Source: Phyllosticta citribraziliensis (Eukaryota). From it: a stretch of 64,000 bases of DNA. The notes under the pieces are model-generated. The model saw only the letters and a list, made by a program, of their open reading frames with translations. It did not search any database and had not been told where the DNA came from. Where the stretch lies: assembly GCF_038025025.1 (NCBI RefSeq), contig NW_027117341.1:1054001-1118000 (forward strand), in the 5' to 3' direction. Positions 12,339 through 25,557 of the stretch are shown in pieces; position 1 is the stretch's first letter, and each line of letters starts with the position of its first letter. The position numbers and the translations under genes are program-made.

Positions 12339-14501
12339 TGGATCACCACATGGACCCGACGGCTGGCTGACTGGCGCTTCTTCGCCCGGGAATGGAGGGT
12401 TTTCTTGGGCCACGATCAACTGCAAACCCGGATATTTGAGTTTTTAGACCACGACTATTCAGAGAAGTCGGGGGATTGATGAGCCTGGCCAGTCAGGTTG
12501 GATGGGGAGAGGCCTGGCGCACAAAACGTGCCGGAGGCGTGGCTAGGCCAGGCTGGTCGGAGGAGGAGGGGGAGTTGCAAAGGGTGGAGATTTGGACGCG
12601 GGGTGGTGGGACTGGAGGAGGCGCTGCTCTCGTGATTGGTGCGGAGCCCGGTTGGAGGGCGGCGGAGAAAGTTGAAGGTCATGGCTTTGTGTCTTCTGTA
12701 GATGGAGTTGGTGGGGAGCAGAGCGGCGCACTAGGTCCTTGGTCGTTAACTTGCACAGTGTCTGGCTAGGCAACGTCGTTCTCGCGGAGCAAAGGAGTGC
12801 TGAAAGTTTCCAGTGACGTGATGTCTTCCATCACTCGTCGCTTCCGTTGATTGTAATCGTCGGACCTAGATGTGCTCCTCATCCTTACGATCTCGTCCGG
12901 GTGGAAATGACCCAGATGGAGCCAGAGTGACGGCGTCATCTGGCCTTGACCAGCTTCAGTTAGCAACGGAGGCAAAGCGGAATCCAAGGCATTTCCCAAT
13001 GCGGCAGTTTTGTAAATAGAGGGGCGCGTGCGCGATTCGGAAGACGCAAAGGAGAAGATGGTCGCGAGTGTCATGTCAGCACTAGCAGAGACCTGCTGTG
13101 ATGGCGTTGCGGGGGACCCCTGCCTGGCGTGTGGTAGCGTGCGAGTCCCTGATCTTGACGTCAAGGGATTTGGCACGAGAATTTCACTCGGGTAGTGGAA
13201 GCGAAAGAGAAGCGCCAGTGAGACTGGCAAGGAAAGACCACGCAGGGAGGCGCAAATATTGGTCTTGTTTGGACCAATGGTGTTGGCACGGAGAGAGCGA
13301 AGCTTGGTCGGGTTGCATGCAGCCCAGACAGCGCTAAGCAACTCGCGGACGTGAAGAAGTCTATTGCATACAAAATATTGACGAGATGGACAAGACCAAT
13401 GGCTCTACACACATGCAGTCATGCCCACGGTCTGCTCAGGTACGGTACTTACAGGTAGGTAGGTCAGGCACCTTGGAGGACATATCACGTGCCGGAAACG
13501 ACATGGCCCGGAGCCGGAGCAACAGCCGAATGGACCTTCAAGTTCAGGCACAAGCGACATCATGCCACCAAAGAATGACGAGATCCACATGGCCCGCGAC
13601 TCTGGTCGAGGAACGTCACGGCTAATTATTAGGCACGGATGGAGGGAGGGGCCGTTGTTAAGCCGGCGCGATCCGGGGGCGACCACCAGCACAAAGCCCA
13701 CCTAAGGGGAGACGGCCGGCGGCGAGGGGGCGCTGGAGCGGGGCGACGATGGAGGATTTGGGGGCAAAGCAGAGGCAAACACGGGGAGGAAAATTTCTTT
13801 GCGGTGTAGAAACGAAAATGGAGGGCTCGGTCGGGGATTCGGGACGGGAGGGAGGCAGCCAGCCCTCGGAGCAGGAGGAGGTCGCGTGTGTGCCCTGGCT
13901 GGTGTCGTGTGGCTGAGCCGTGGATGGTGCCTGAGAATTGCGTTGGAGCAGGAACAAAATGGCAAAAAATAGTCTCGGAACAGAGCGCACACGCCCTCGA
14001 CGAGCGTCAATCCATATCAAAAGCGTCGTCGGTGGTTCCGTAGGGCAGAGCCATCGGAAACGGCAACGACGAGCAGCAGAAGCCCGTGTTTATTCAATTC
14101 TCGTATCCAGCGTCCAAGATACGGGGTGACGGGGGTCTTGGACCGACATTGAGCCTGCCTGGCGTGCATGTCTTGGAGTTATGGACTCGGGCTTGCACGC
14201 GTGTGTGGCTGCGTAGACTGTGCTGGAGATGGACGACCGATGCGTCTGTGTGGTGTCTGGGACCGGAAGCCAAAGTCGGCTAACCGCCAGGCCAGAGGAG
14301 AGGATTGATTCGGTGGCTCTCGTCCGGGCTCCTTGGCGGGCCTGCACTGGATGGGGAGAGGTTCATGCTCGAGCTCAGGCTCAGGCACACCCACGCGCAG
14401 CAAGCAGGAGCAGAAGCGGGAGCAGGAAGACGCTGTAGCCACCGGTGAGGCAGACGCAGGGTAGGGCCACGGTCAGGCTACCCGCCAGACAGCGTGATGG
14501 T

Positions 14502-14530
14502 GATGCGGATGCGGATGCGGATGCGGATGC
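14502..14530. repeat. (GATGCG)n microsatellite, about 5 copies
   Basis: Directly visible. Confidence 0.9.
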
Positions 14531-15185
14531 TGATGCAGCAGCCCAAACCACGTCTCATGGCCTGCAGAGGGAGAGGGAGAGCGAAGACTGCTACCTACTA
14601 CAGATACCTACCTTAACCTGACTGCCGTGGGGGGCTGGCGGGCGATGAAACACCGGGCGTGTGCGGTCGCCGTGGGAGAGAGACACCCAGGTAGCGGGAA
14701 GAAGAAAGTCGGCTCGGATCAATGTTGACACGTCCGTCGGGCCGTACCGTCTTGGTTGAAAAAAATAAAACAAAAACTACCTAGGTATGTACATAGTTAT
14801 TCAGGTGGTTGGAGGCGCGAGATTGAAAGCCAACGTCGTCTGCGGTGCACCGTTTCTTCGAAGCTTCGGCTGCAGGAGCTGAAAGCCTGAGGTGCCTGTG
14901 TGGATGATGGGCCCTGGAGGCGAGTAGGAGACCCAGAGTGCTCCCTGCGCAGGCCTGCCCTCTGCCCTGCGAACCAAACCTACGCGAACGGCTAGGCTAG
15001 TCGGGCGGCAGGAGCCATGCGTTGGCTTTTCCCTCCGCCTCTGCCCTCCAGAGGTAGCGGCTCCGCTCCTCCTTGACTTCTTCCTCTTTCGAACCACCAA
15101 GCCCACCCACCCACGAAGGATACATATAGGGCCAACGCCCCCCATCCCATGGCTTGCTGGTGCCCACCCCCCGGCTCCGCTCCAA

Positions 15186-15218
15186 CTCGCCCTCGCCCTC
15201 GCCCTCGCCCTCGCCCTC
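15186..15218. repeat. (CTCGCC)n microsatellite, about 5.5 copies, in the cyclin-like gene leader
   Basis: Directly visible. Confidence 0.9.
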
Positions 15219-15254
15219 AACTATCCCCATCACCATCCTCATCACTCCGCCGCC

Positions 15255-16227
15255 ATGCAAAGCCCACCGTCGTCCGACTCCGAGTTTGAGGGCAGTGGCT
15301 CCCGCAGAGCCTCGATCGACTCCATCGACATTGACGCCTACCTGGACTACGCCAATTACGAGCCGCTCTCCAACATGCCCACGCCCCCGCTGCCCGCACC
15401 AGCGAGCCCCTCCGCCGCTCCTCTGCCAAAAAGCCCGTTGCGGCCAAATGACGACTTGAGAGGTGTGTGTGCCCTGTCACTGTCACTGCCAGCACCAGTA
15501 CCAGCACCAGTCGACACTAACACCAACCAAAACAGCTTGCGCCGCCTACCTCGCTAAGCTCACCCCTTCCAATGCCTCGAACCGAAGGCCCTCGACGTCG
15601 ACCATTACCGCCTACCTCGAGCGCACCCACCTCCCACTCCAAGTCCTGGGCCTGGCAGCCTGCATCCTCGACGCCCTGAGCATGCGCTTCGCCAAAGGAT
15701 GGCGCGAGGCTCTGGGGTCCGCGTCGGGCCCGGATTCTGCATCGTTGCCGCTCCCCGCTGCCTCTCTGCCGTCCCCTCCCGCTTCCCCAGTCCCCGTGAC
15801 GACGGGCCCGTTTCTGGGTGCTGCCGTCGCGTCGTCCGCCGAGCCCGAACTGCTGGTCCTGGCTGCACTCGCGCTTGCCGCCTCGTATCTGGACGACTCG
15901 CACGTCTCGCTGAGACACTGGGCCCAGCACGTTTCCAACTGCGTCTTCACCGCTCGACAATTGTCTGCCACCCAGCGCTGCCTCCTGGTCGACCTGGACT
16001 ATGACTTGCACTCGTTCACCCCCGAGTTTGTCCAGGATTCGATTCAGGACATGCAGCGCGCCGGCGTGCTCATGGCCAAACAGGCGGCCGCTTCTGCTCC
16101 TGTGGCTGAGAAGAGCAGGCCAGCCCCGCTGCAGCTTAGCGGCGGTTCCGCAAGGTGGTGCAATGGCATCACCACACCGGAACCCAGCCCCTCAATATCC
16201 ATGACGGGGGCACAGCTCGTGGCGTGA
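15255..16227 (+). CDS. Cyclin-fold (Pcl/Clg1-like) fungal protein
   Basis: Exon 1 (15255-15462), intron 15463-15535 (GTGTGT...ACTAAC...CAG) and exon 2 join in frame. Helical pattern LGLAACILD, LLVLAALALAASYLDD, HWAQ and QRCLLVDLDYDL resembles a cyclin box. Confidence 0.6.
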
Positions 16228-17116
16228 CGCTCAAACAAACAACGCTTGTTTTTTTTTTTTTTGTTTTTTCCTTTTCTTTTCTTCCTTTTCTTCTATCTCC
16301 TCATGGTGCGCGGGAAGGTCCCGGTGCTGGCGTTTTGGGTCATGGCGAACTCAAGAGATACCCCAAATGTTGTAGCTGCTCGCTTTTGTGAGCAGCATTT
16401 CGGTCATGTCAAATCTCGGGAGGCGATCGGTTCGGTACGGGCGGAAGAAAAGCATGTTGCATTTTGGAGGAAGCACGGGAGCGGACGAGTGGCACGTTTG
16501 ATACAGCTGACGGCAGGCGGACGGGGTTGGCTGCATGCGTGATATAGTCGAATGTCAAGCACGATTATCCCAAGGATGTCTGTCCAGGAGGTGTGAGAGG
16601 TCATGGCAGGACGGGACCCAGCAGCAAACAAAACCATGACGCCACGACGCGGGCGGTGGAGAGGCCAAGGAGCAAAGTGCTTCAAGTCTGTGTCTGCTTG
16701 ATGATAGACTTTTGATCACCGATTGTGGGAGCATCGCGGGACAGGCGGGCAACATGTACTGGGGCTGTATCACGATCACATCAGGCGAGAAAACTGGGAA
16801 TCGAGTGGGGGGGGCAGGATGACGGTTGCAGATTCGAGTCGACTTGGTATCCAGTTACTTTGTCCCCGGCCGCGGATGGAGCTTCCCCGCAACAGAGGTC
16901 GACGCGACAGGAGCACCGGCCCCACGGCGAGCCTGGCGCTAGCTCCTCCCAGGGCAGCTCATCCTCACCTGTCCAGAGAGTGAGTGTATGCACGCCGTTC
17001 TCGTCCCTCCCCCTCCCTCCTTTTAAGCCCTCAGGCGCACATCCGCTTCACCCCCTTCTGCACCCTCCAATTCCCCTTTCTCCAATTGTTGTGTCGTTCC
17101 CTCTCTCACTCCAGCC

Positions 17117-20100
17117 ATGTCTACCGGAACTCGCGAGCGGAGACCGTCGACGGGGGCCCCGCTCTCGGATCTACAGGGCCCCGTTGGCCCCGGCTTCAGC
17201 AGACCCAAACACAAGAGGACCGTCACTGGCTTCGGCCCATCCGAGATCAAGGCCGTCGAGGCCGCTATTCCTGAGCCCGCCAGAAAGGCGTACGTCCAAA
17301 TCTCCCGCATCGTTGCCCATCGCTGACTGACATTGATCCACAGCTGGACCAAGTTTGTGGGTGCCCCCGCGAGAGACGCGAGACGGCCACTCCCCTGCAC
17401 GTCATGTCTAATCACCGCTACCGCAGACCCCTAAGCCATTTGAGACAACAGAGGAGTTCGAGGTATTTTCTGACTGTCCATCACTGTGCCATGCCGCATG
17501 CTGACCGTTTTCTAGAAAGATGCCATTCGCCACATCGAAACCACCCTCGCGCGCTCCCTTTACAACTGCGATGACTTGTGAGAGACGCCACTCGAAACCC
17601 TTGTCGTTCCCCGCTCACCATTCTTCTCCAGCGCCACTTATGCCGGCACGTCCCTGGCCTTCAGGGACCGTCTCATCATCGATTGGAACAAGACGCAGCA
17701 GGAGCAGACGTTTGCCGATCAGAAACGCGTCTACTGTGAGACACCCGGCCACCACCCGAGACAGGGCTGAAGGCTGACTTTCACGCAGATCTCTCCCTGG
17801 AGTTTCTGATGGGCCGCGCCCTTGACAATGCTATGCTCAATGTTGGGAAGAAGGACGTCGCCAAGCGTAAGGATAATCGCCATTTCCGATGCTGATCCCG
17901 ACTGACCCGGTTTTTGACAGAGGGACTCGACGAGATGGGTTTCCGCATCGAGGATGTGATCGGCCAGGAGCACGACGCCGCGCTGGGCAACGGCGGTCTC
18001 GGTCGCCTGGCTGCTTGCTTTCTCGACAGCATGGCCTCGCTCAATTTCCCCGCATGGGGCTACGGCCTTCGCTACCGATACGGTATCTTCAAGCAGGAGA
18101 TTGTCGATGGCTATCAGGTCGAAGTTCCCGACTATTGGTTAGACTTTAATCCCTGGGAATTTGCTAGGCACGACGTCACAGTTGACATCCAGTTCCATGG
18201 TAACGTCCGCAAGTACCAGTAAGTCATGTCTCTCGTTTCAGCCGCCGCGCTATTTTCTGACGGTCACCTAGGGATGACAATGGCAAGCAAGTCGCCGTTT
18301 GGGAAGGTGGAGAAATTGTCCAGGCCGTTGCATACGACGTTCCAAGTAAGATAATCCTCTTACGGCACGGGTGATTGAAGCATTGTGCTCACAATTCAAA
18401 GTCCCCGGTTACAGCACCCCCACCACCAACAACTTGCGTCTCTGGGGCAGCAAGGCCGCAAGTGGTGAATTCGATTTTCAGAAATTCAACTCGGGAGAGT
18501 ATGAAAGCTCCGTCGCAGACCAGCAGAAAGCAGAGACCATCTCGGCAGTGTTGTACCCCAACGACAACCTGGACCGTGGCAAGGAACTCCGCTTGAAGCA
18601 GCAGTACTTCTGGTGCGCCGCATCGCTGTATGACATTGTGCGCCGCTTCAAAAAGACCAAGAGGGCGTGGAAGGATTTCCCGTCACAGGTGGCCATTCAG
18701 CTCAACGACACACATCCTACCCTGGCCATCCCTGAGTTGCAGCGCATTCTCGTAGATATCGAAGGTTTGGACTGGGACGAGGCTTGGAACATTGTGACCA
18801 AGACGTTTGGTTATACCAACCACACGGTCCTTCCCGAGGCACTGGAGAAGTGGTCCGTTCCGCTCATGCAGTACCTTCTACCGCGCCACCTCCAAATCAT
18901 CTACGACATTAACCTGCAATTCCTGCAGTTTGTCGAGCGCAACTTCCCCAAGGATCGCGACATGTTGCGTCGGGTTTCCATTGTTGAGGAATCTCAACCT
19001 CAGATGGTCCGCATGGCCTACCTTGCTGTGATTGGGTCTCACAAGGTCAATGGTGTCGCCGAGTTGCACTCTGACCTCATCAAGACTACCATTTTCAAAG
19101 ACTTTGTGGCAATTTATGGACCGGACAAGTTCACCAACGTCACCAACGGAATTACGCCTCGTCGATGGCTGCACCAGGCTAACCCGCGTCTTTCGGAGCT
19201 CATTGCATCCAAGCTTGGTGGCCACGAGTTCTTGAAGGACCTGACGCTGTTGCACAAGCTCGAGGCATTTGTAGATGACGCGGATTTCCGCAAGGAGTTC
19301 CAGGAGATCAAGTACGCCAACAAGGTCCGCCTGGCCAAGCACATCAAGACCACGACTGGTGTCAGCGTCAACCCGTCTTCGCTGTTTGACATCCAAGTTA
19401 AACGCATTCATGAGTACAAGCGTCAGCAGCTCAACATCTTTGGCGTGATCCACCGCTACCTGCAAATCAAGAAGATGAAGCCCGAGGAGAAGAAAAAGCT
19501 CCAGCCTCGTGTCTCCATTTTTGGAGGTAAGGCGGCTCCTGGGTACTGGATGGCCAAGACGGTCATCCACTTGATTTGTGAAGTCGGTCGCGTTGTCAAC
19601 GCCGACCCTGACGTCGGTGATCTCCTCAAGGTGATTTTCCTCGAGGACTACAACGTCAGCAAGGCCGAAATCATCACACCTGCTTCCGATATTAGCGAGC
19701 ACATTTCGACCGCTGGCACAGAAGCTAGCGGCACCAGCAACATGAAGTTCGTACTCAATGGCGGCCTCATCATTGGCACCTGTGATGGAGCAAACGTAAG
19801 TTCTTGCCACTTTCCTCCTTGACCATCAACTGACATTTGCTAGATTGAAATCACCCGTGAAGTTGGAGAGAACAACATTTTCCTCTTTGGCAACTTGGCC
19901 GAGGATGTCGAGGACTTGCGGCATGCCCACGTCTACGGATCGTACAAGCTCGACCCGGATCTTGCTGCCGTCTTTGACGCTATCAAAGCTGGCACGTTTG
20001 GCGACGCTGGTGCTTTCGGGCATCTCGTGGGCTCCATCATGGACCACGGAGACTACTACTTGGTTTCGGACGACTTCAACAGCTACATCAAGACGCACGA

Positions 20101-20266
20101 GCTGATTGATGAGGCGTACAAGAACCAGGACGAGTGGTTGACCAAGGCCATTACGAGTGTAGCACGCATGGGCTTCTTCTCGTCTGATCGGTGCATCGAC
20201 GAGTACGCCGAAGCCATTTGGAACGTCGAACCACTCGTGCCCAAGCAGAATGGGACTGACCACTGA
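17117..20266 (+). CDS. GPH1: Glycogen phosphorylase (multi-exon)
   Basis: [33 protein letters not shown] and the PLP-lysine motif EASGTSNMK. Regulatory N-terminal KRTVTGF. Confidence 0.97.
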
Positions 20267-20690
20267 AAAAAGATGGTAGAGACCGATTTCTCATGGCGCA
20301 TGGTCAGAAGGTCGGACAGGGATTGAAGACGCGAGGCATCAAGTCTTACCACACAGGCTTTGTGCATGATGGATGGGCTTGGTTACGACTAGACGAGATA
20401 AGCTGAATTCGGATTTTCTTGTTTCATTGCTTTGGTGTGCTGCCATCCTTGTCAATGGTGACTGCTGTGACCATTTGCTTCCCGAGTAAACGCTGACCAA
20501 AAAAGCGGTTGATGCCATAAGCATGTCGTGGTTTGGTGACTACATCTAAGAATTATCTATTACTGGATTCATGAATGCCCATCCTGTGAGGACATGTCTC
20601 GTAAGCAGGTCATAACGCTAAATGTTGATGCAAGATGCACGCTGCACTCGCCATCAGCCGGCAGCCAGCTGAGCTCTTTCCCTCCCCTGC

Positions 20691-22596
20691 TCACTTGGTC
20701 GAATCTCTGGAGAACTCTCCCCTGGCACGGATCCTTTCGCCGTAGACAAAAAACAAGTAGGGTATCGGAATCAAAGCGACGGCAATAAAACCAAAGATGC
20801 TAATGCCCCAGTCAACGCCAATGGCATGCAACAGGGGAGCCATGAAGAGGGGGAAACTGCCAGCGAGGACGGAGCGCAAGAAGGTGTTTGCGGCAATGGC
20901 CGAGGCGGCGTACTGGCGAAAGGTGTCGACGAGGTAGTTGAGGGCGGCCTGGAAGATGGTGAAGAAGCCGATGCCGACGCACACGCAGCCGATGACGGGG
21001 GCGATCCAGTGGAAGCGCGGCGCGGCGGTCCAGGCGAAGACGAAGAGGCCGGCCGCGAAGAAGACGGAGCCGAACATCATGGGCGGCAGGCGGGCCTCGG
21101 GGACGGGCTTGAAGCGGTTCGCCTTGAGCCTCTTGTAGTAGTAGGCCTGGTTGAAGAGGTTGGCGACGGCGCCGATCAGGATGCCTGTCAGGATGGCAAG
21201 GAAGGGGAGGGCGCCGACGACGCGGTTCCAGCCACGGTGCTCCTCGAAGACGACGGGGAAGGCGGCCAGCTGCGCGTACAGGATGCCGTAGACGAACGAG
21301 GCGTACAGGGCCACGAGGAAGCAGATGGGCGTCGTGAGCAGCTGGAATGGGCGGATCAGGTACGAGTGCGCCAGTTCTCGCAGGTTGACGTCCCACTCCT
21401 CGTGCTTTGCGTGCAGCGCCCAGTTGCCCGTCGTGTGTCGCAGTCGCCGCGCCTTGTACACGAGGAGTACCGGCGGGTACGATTCGTCGAGGAAGATGAT
21501 GTCGAGGACTAGGATGGACATCATGAAGATGCCGGTTATCTGAGAACTGTCAGGTTTGCTCGCTCTGATTCAGGGGCGTCTTGGTGCACTCACGTATTCA
21601 GTCCATCTCCAGCGAAGATAGCTTTGCACAATAGCCCCGCCAGCTGTGATGAGAACGAGGTCTGATTAGCGTCTCTGCATGCGTCTTAAGTAGGTGTCTG
21701 TACCCCGAGCTTACCGATTGGCCCCAATGTAGGACCTCCTACGACGGCCATGGCGTAGCCCACCATTGCGAGCCCTCGCTCTTTGGCCGACCAAATGTCT
21801 CCAAGCACGCCGCCTGAGTCGAGTTAGCGACAATACAAAACTGGATTACGGCATGTCAAATTCGAACCTGTGTTTGTAATGGGTGCGCTGCCAAAGACGC
21901 CGCAAAAGAAGCGCGTCAGCATGATAGTCTGGAGGTCCTTGGCCGCCGCCGTCGCAAAGGAAAAGATGGCGGCTATAAAGTAAGGAGCCAGGACCGCAGA
22001 CTTTCTACCGTAGACCTGCTGAGGGTCAGCATGTGCTCATCATTCTCGACATGTACCGCGAGGGAAGAAGGCAAGACCTCTGAAAGCGGTGCAAAGACCA
22101 ACGGCCCAAGTCCAAATCCGAAGAGAAGGAGCGCGATCCCCAAGGTGCTGACGGTGGTGCCGACATTGAATTCTTCCGAGATCTGGTCCACAGCCGGAGA
22201 ATAGATGCTACTGGCCCAAGTCGCGCCCATGGTGGTGAAGCCATAGAGAAGTGTGGTGACGACCTTCTTGCGGGTAGGCCAGTTGATGGGGTTGTAAGGA
22301 TCGTCCGGGCCGTCAAAGTCGACAACGACGTCTGGTGCTGTCTTGGTGTGGCCGAGAGGGTGGTTGAAAGGCGGGACTGGCCTTCGCGAACGGACGGTGG
22401 ACAGCACGGATTGAGCTTGAGATTGGATGCGGTCTATCGAGTGGTTTCGTGCTGGGGGTGCGGGCTGTGCGGTCTCGGCCTTTTCGAGCTCTGTTGACAT
22501 GCCGGGGACGGCGTGTGGGCCATGACTGCTACGAGTCGAAACATCGGAAATGGTACTCGAGGACGAGGTGGTGCTGGCGTCATGGGATCCTGCCAT
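20691..22596 (-). CDS. MFS drug:H+ antiporter, DHA1 family (multi-exon)
   Basis: VVDFDGPDDPYNPINWPTRKK, GPLVFAPLSEVYGR, ESYPPVLL, PEARLPP and ASAIAANTFLRS. About four introns between 21540 and 22077. Confidence 0.92.
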
Positions 22597-23530
22597 GACT
22601 GTGGTAGTGGTGGTGATGATGGCGCAAGAAAGACATGGAGGAGGAGAAGAAGAAGCAAGGAGTGGCAGCGGCAGTATCAGGGAACAACGACATTATGAAA
22701 TGGATCCAGCACGGAAAACGTGGGGAGCGTGGCCACTCGGCACAGAGGTAATGGTAGAGGACTGCGATGACGTTGTGCCTCATCATTTTCGCCGACTTGC
22801 AGTGGACAAAGCGTGCCGGTTGCCGAGTCCAGGGCCAACCACGAGGCGTCTAGTTACATGTCGCAGTCAACTCGGAGTTGTGCAGAGAGCTTTCAAAAGA
22901 AGCCGTGTCATTGTTGCGAAGCTGAGAGCGTAAATGCTCGTGAAGATAAGGTCGCAATTTGACAGCCAGCACAGAGCGACATTCCTTGTACGACTTGGAG
23001 ACAGCGTACCACAGTGCTGCACCTCAGAAGACACAACACGAAATGCCTGCAGCAGTCGACCAAAGCAATGGCCTGTCTCGGTCAAGGGCCGACATCGGAG
23101 CAGGCTGAAGAGAGATAAAGAGAGTCGGAGAAAAGAGAAGAAGCGGGGAAGAGTAGAAGAAATGCGCGAACAGAAGGCCAGGATTGCCTCGATGATGAAG
23201 GGAATTCTCGTCGCAAAGAAAAGGGGCGGGGAGCATTCAAATACACACACCAAAAGAAGAAGAGACTACAAGTTGGATGGTGTTGCGAGGGTGTTTGAAG
23301 TTTGTTTTTGAGCCTCGAGTCGCGCCCTCTGTGCTCCCATTCATTGCTCTCAGCCTGCGCGGGGCCCCAGATGACGGTCGGTCGGTCGGTCGAGCACAGA
23401 CAAACACATACATCCTTCTCCACCTCCAGTGTACATGTCGGCGCCGCTTCTGGACGTCTCCTGGCAGATGATGGCGGTGATTAGTCTCGACAAGAAGCTC
23501 TGCCGCGTCAATCCTGTCGAGCCGGCGGCC

Positions 23531-23567
23531 CCGAGGTCGATCAGCTCGCAGCCCTCCGCAGCCTCGG
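23531..23567. promoter_or_regulatory. Pair of CCGAGG/CCTCGG (FarA/Ctf1-type fatty-acid response) sites
   Basis: CCGAGG at 23531-23536 and CCTCGG at 23562-23567, 95-130 nt upstream of the thiolase ATG. Confidence 0.6.
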
Positions 23568-23661
23568 CCCAGAGCGAACCCTTCCGTTAAATCAACCTCC
23601 GCCATCCCCGCAAACAACATCAACCCCCCCCTTCTCTACAATCCAACAATCAATCGCAACA

Positions 23662-25038
23662 ATGGCTGCCGAACGTTTGAAGAGCATCGTCTCCCACATG
23701 ACTCCCTCCCGGAGCGGCCTGTCGCAAATGTGAGTCGCCTGTCCTCCTCTCTCGCGCTGTCGCACCATTCCTGACTTCGGAGCTTGTTTTAGAACGCAGA
23801 AGAACCCCGATGACATTGTCATTACCCTCGCCACCCGGACGCCCCTGTGCAAGGGAAGGAAGGGCGGGCTCAAGGACACGCCCCTCGATGGCATCATGTT
23901 CAAGATGCTCGAGCAGGTCAGGGCACAGATGAAGATTGACCCGCAATTGGTCGAGGACATTTGCGTTGGAAATGTACGTGCCAGGAGACCATCTGTATGA
24001 TGCATGCACAATGGCTGACGAGTTGCGCGCCAGGTCAGCGATGGAAAGGCGGCCTACTACATCCGCGCCGCCATGTTGGGCGCCGGATTCCCCAACACCA
24101 CGGCCGGATACTCGACCAACCGCTTCTGCAGCTCCGGGCTCAAGGCAGTTCAGGAAATCGCCAACCAAATCTCCAATGGCAACATCGACATTGGCATCGC
24201 CATGGGAGCCGAATCCATGACGGCGGGCGGTGACCGGTTGGAGAGGCCCTTCTTTGACGAGATTCTCAAGGAGCAAGAAGCCCAGGACGCCATGCAACCC
24301 ATGGGACAGACGTCGGAGAATGTCGGCAAGGACTTCAACATTTCCAGGGAGGAGCAGGATCGGTACGCAGCCGAGTCGTACCGCCGGGCGGAGGTGGCTC
24401 AAAAGGCTGGCTTGTTCGACGAGGAGATCTCGCCCATCACTGTCCGGGTCAAGGACCCAAAGACGGGCGAGGAGAAGAAGGTCACGTTGAGCAAGGACGA
24501 GGGCCCTCGCTACGGTACGACGTATGAGTCGCTGTCCAAGATCAAGCCGGCCTTTTTGCCCCACGGCGACCGAAGCCACGCAGGCAACTCGTCCCAAGTG
24601 ACGGACGGAGCGGCAGCAGTGCTGCTCATGAAGCGCTCGCGAGCTGAGGAGCTTGGTCAGCCCATCCTGGCCAAGTACGTTTCCTCGACTGTTGCGGGTC
24701 TGGCACCGCGCATCATGGGTATTGGCCCAACCATTGCCATCCCCAAGCTGTTGGGCAAGCTCAACATTACGATTGATGACGTGGATGTCGTTGAAATCAA
24801 CGAGGCGTTCGCTTCCATGGCCGTGTACTGTCTGAGGACGCTGAAGATTCCGCATGACAAGATGAACCCGAGGGGTGGAGCGATCGCGCTGGGTCACCCG
24901 CTGGGATGCACTGGCGCAAGGCAGATTGTGACTGGGCTGAGCGAGTGCAGGCGGCAAAAGAAGAAGATTTTGCTGACCAGCATGTGTATTGGAACGGGCA
25001 TGGGCATGGCTGGACTGTTTGTGAATGAGCAGCTGTAA
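23662..25038 (+). CDS. 3-ketoacyl-CoA thiolase, peroxisomal type (3 exons)
   Basis: Catalytic NRFCSSG, NEAFA, GHPLG and SMCIGTGMG. N-terminal PTS2-like RLKSIVSHM. Introns 23730-23792 and 23974-24033. Confidence 0.95.
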
Positions 25039-25557
25039 GGGGGAGGGGATGTTTGGTACACGACGCAAATTGAATGTAAACGAGTTTGGCACAGGGAGTG
25101 ATGCAACTGAAATGCGGAGGCGTGACCCGAGTGGAGTGGGAGTGGAGTGGAGTGGGGTGGAGCCTTGGGAGTGTGGGAGCCCCCCGCAGCGCGCGCACAG
25201 CCACAGGTGAGGGAGGAGGACGGTGCCGTAGGGAAGCTTGACTTGGATTGGTTACGCCCGTTGGCCTTTGAACCGTCCTCTCACCTCCAGGCTGCTGCTC
25301 TTTCTTTCCTTTCACTTTCACTTCTCACGGCCTCTTCCAGTCACTCCATTCGCTCTCGCCTTGCCTCGCCTCGCCACCATCCGTTTCTGTTCTCCTCGAC
25401 TGCTCGGACATGACGGCTCCAGCGGTCAAGGGTAAGCCGCATCTCGCCACTTGCTGTGCACCACTCCACTCCATTCCCGACACCGCCACCACCTCCGATC
25501 ACTTCTTATTGTCGCACCCTCCCCTCTGCGCTCGCTCGCTTTCCTGCATCCGCTTTC

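Noticed and set aside
16980..17114. Possible 5' intron giving GPH1 an N-terminal extension from ATG 16876
   Set aside because: The spliced product is out of frame with GPH1. At most it is a UTR intron.
23650..25092. 480-codon antisense ORF covering the whole thiolase gene
   Set aside because: This is the expected shadow of strong codon bias, kept open because both introns are multiples of 3. The translation has no recognisable motifs.
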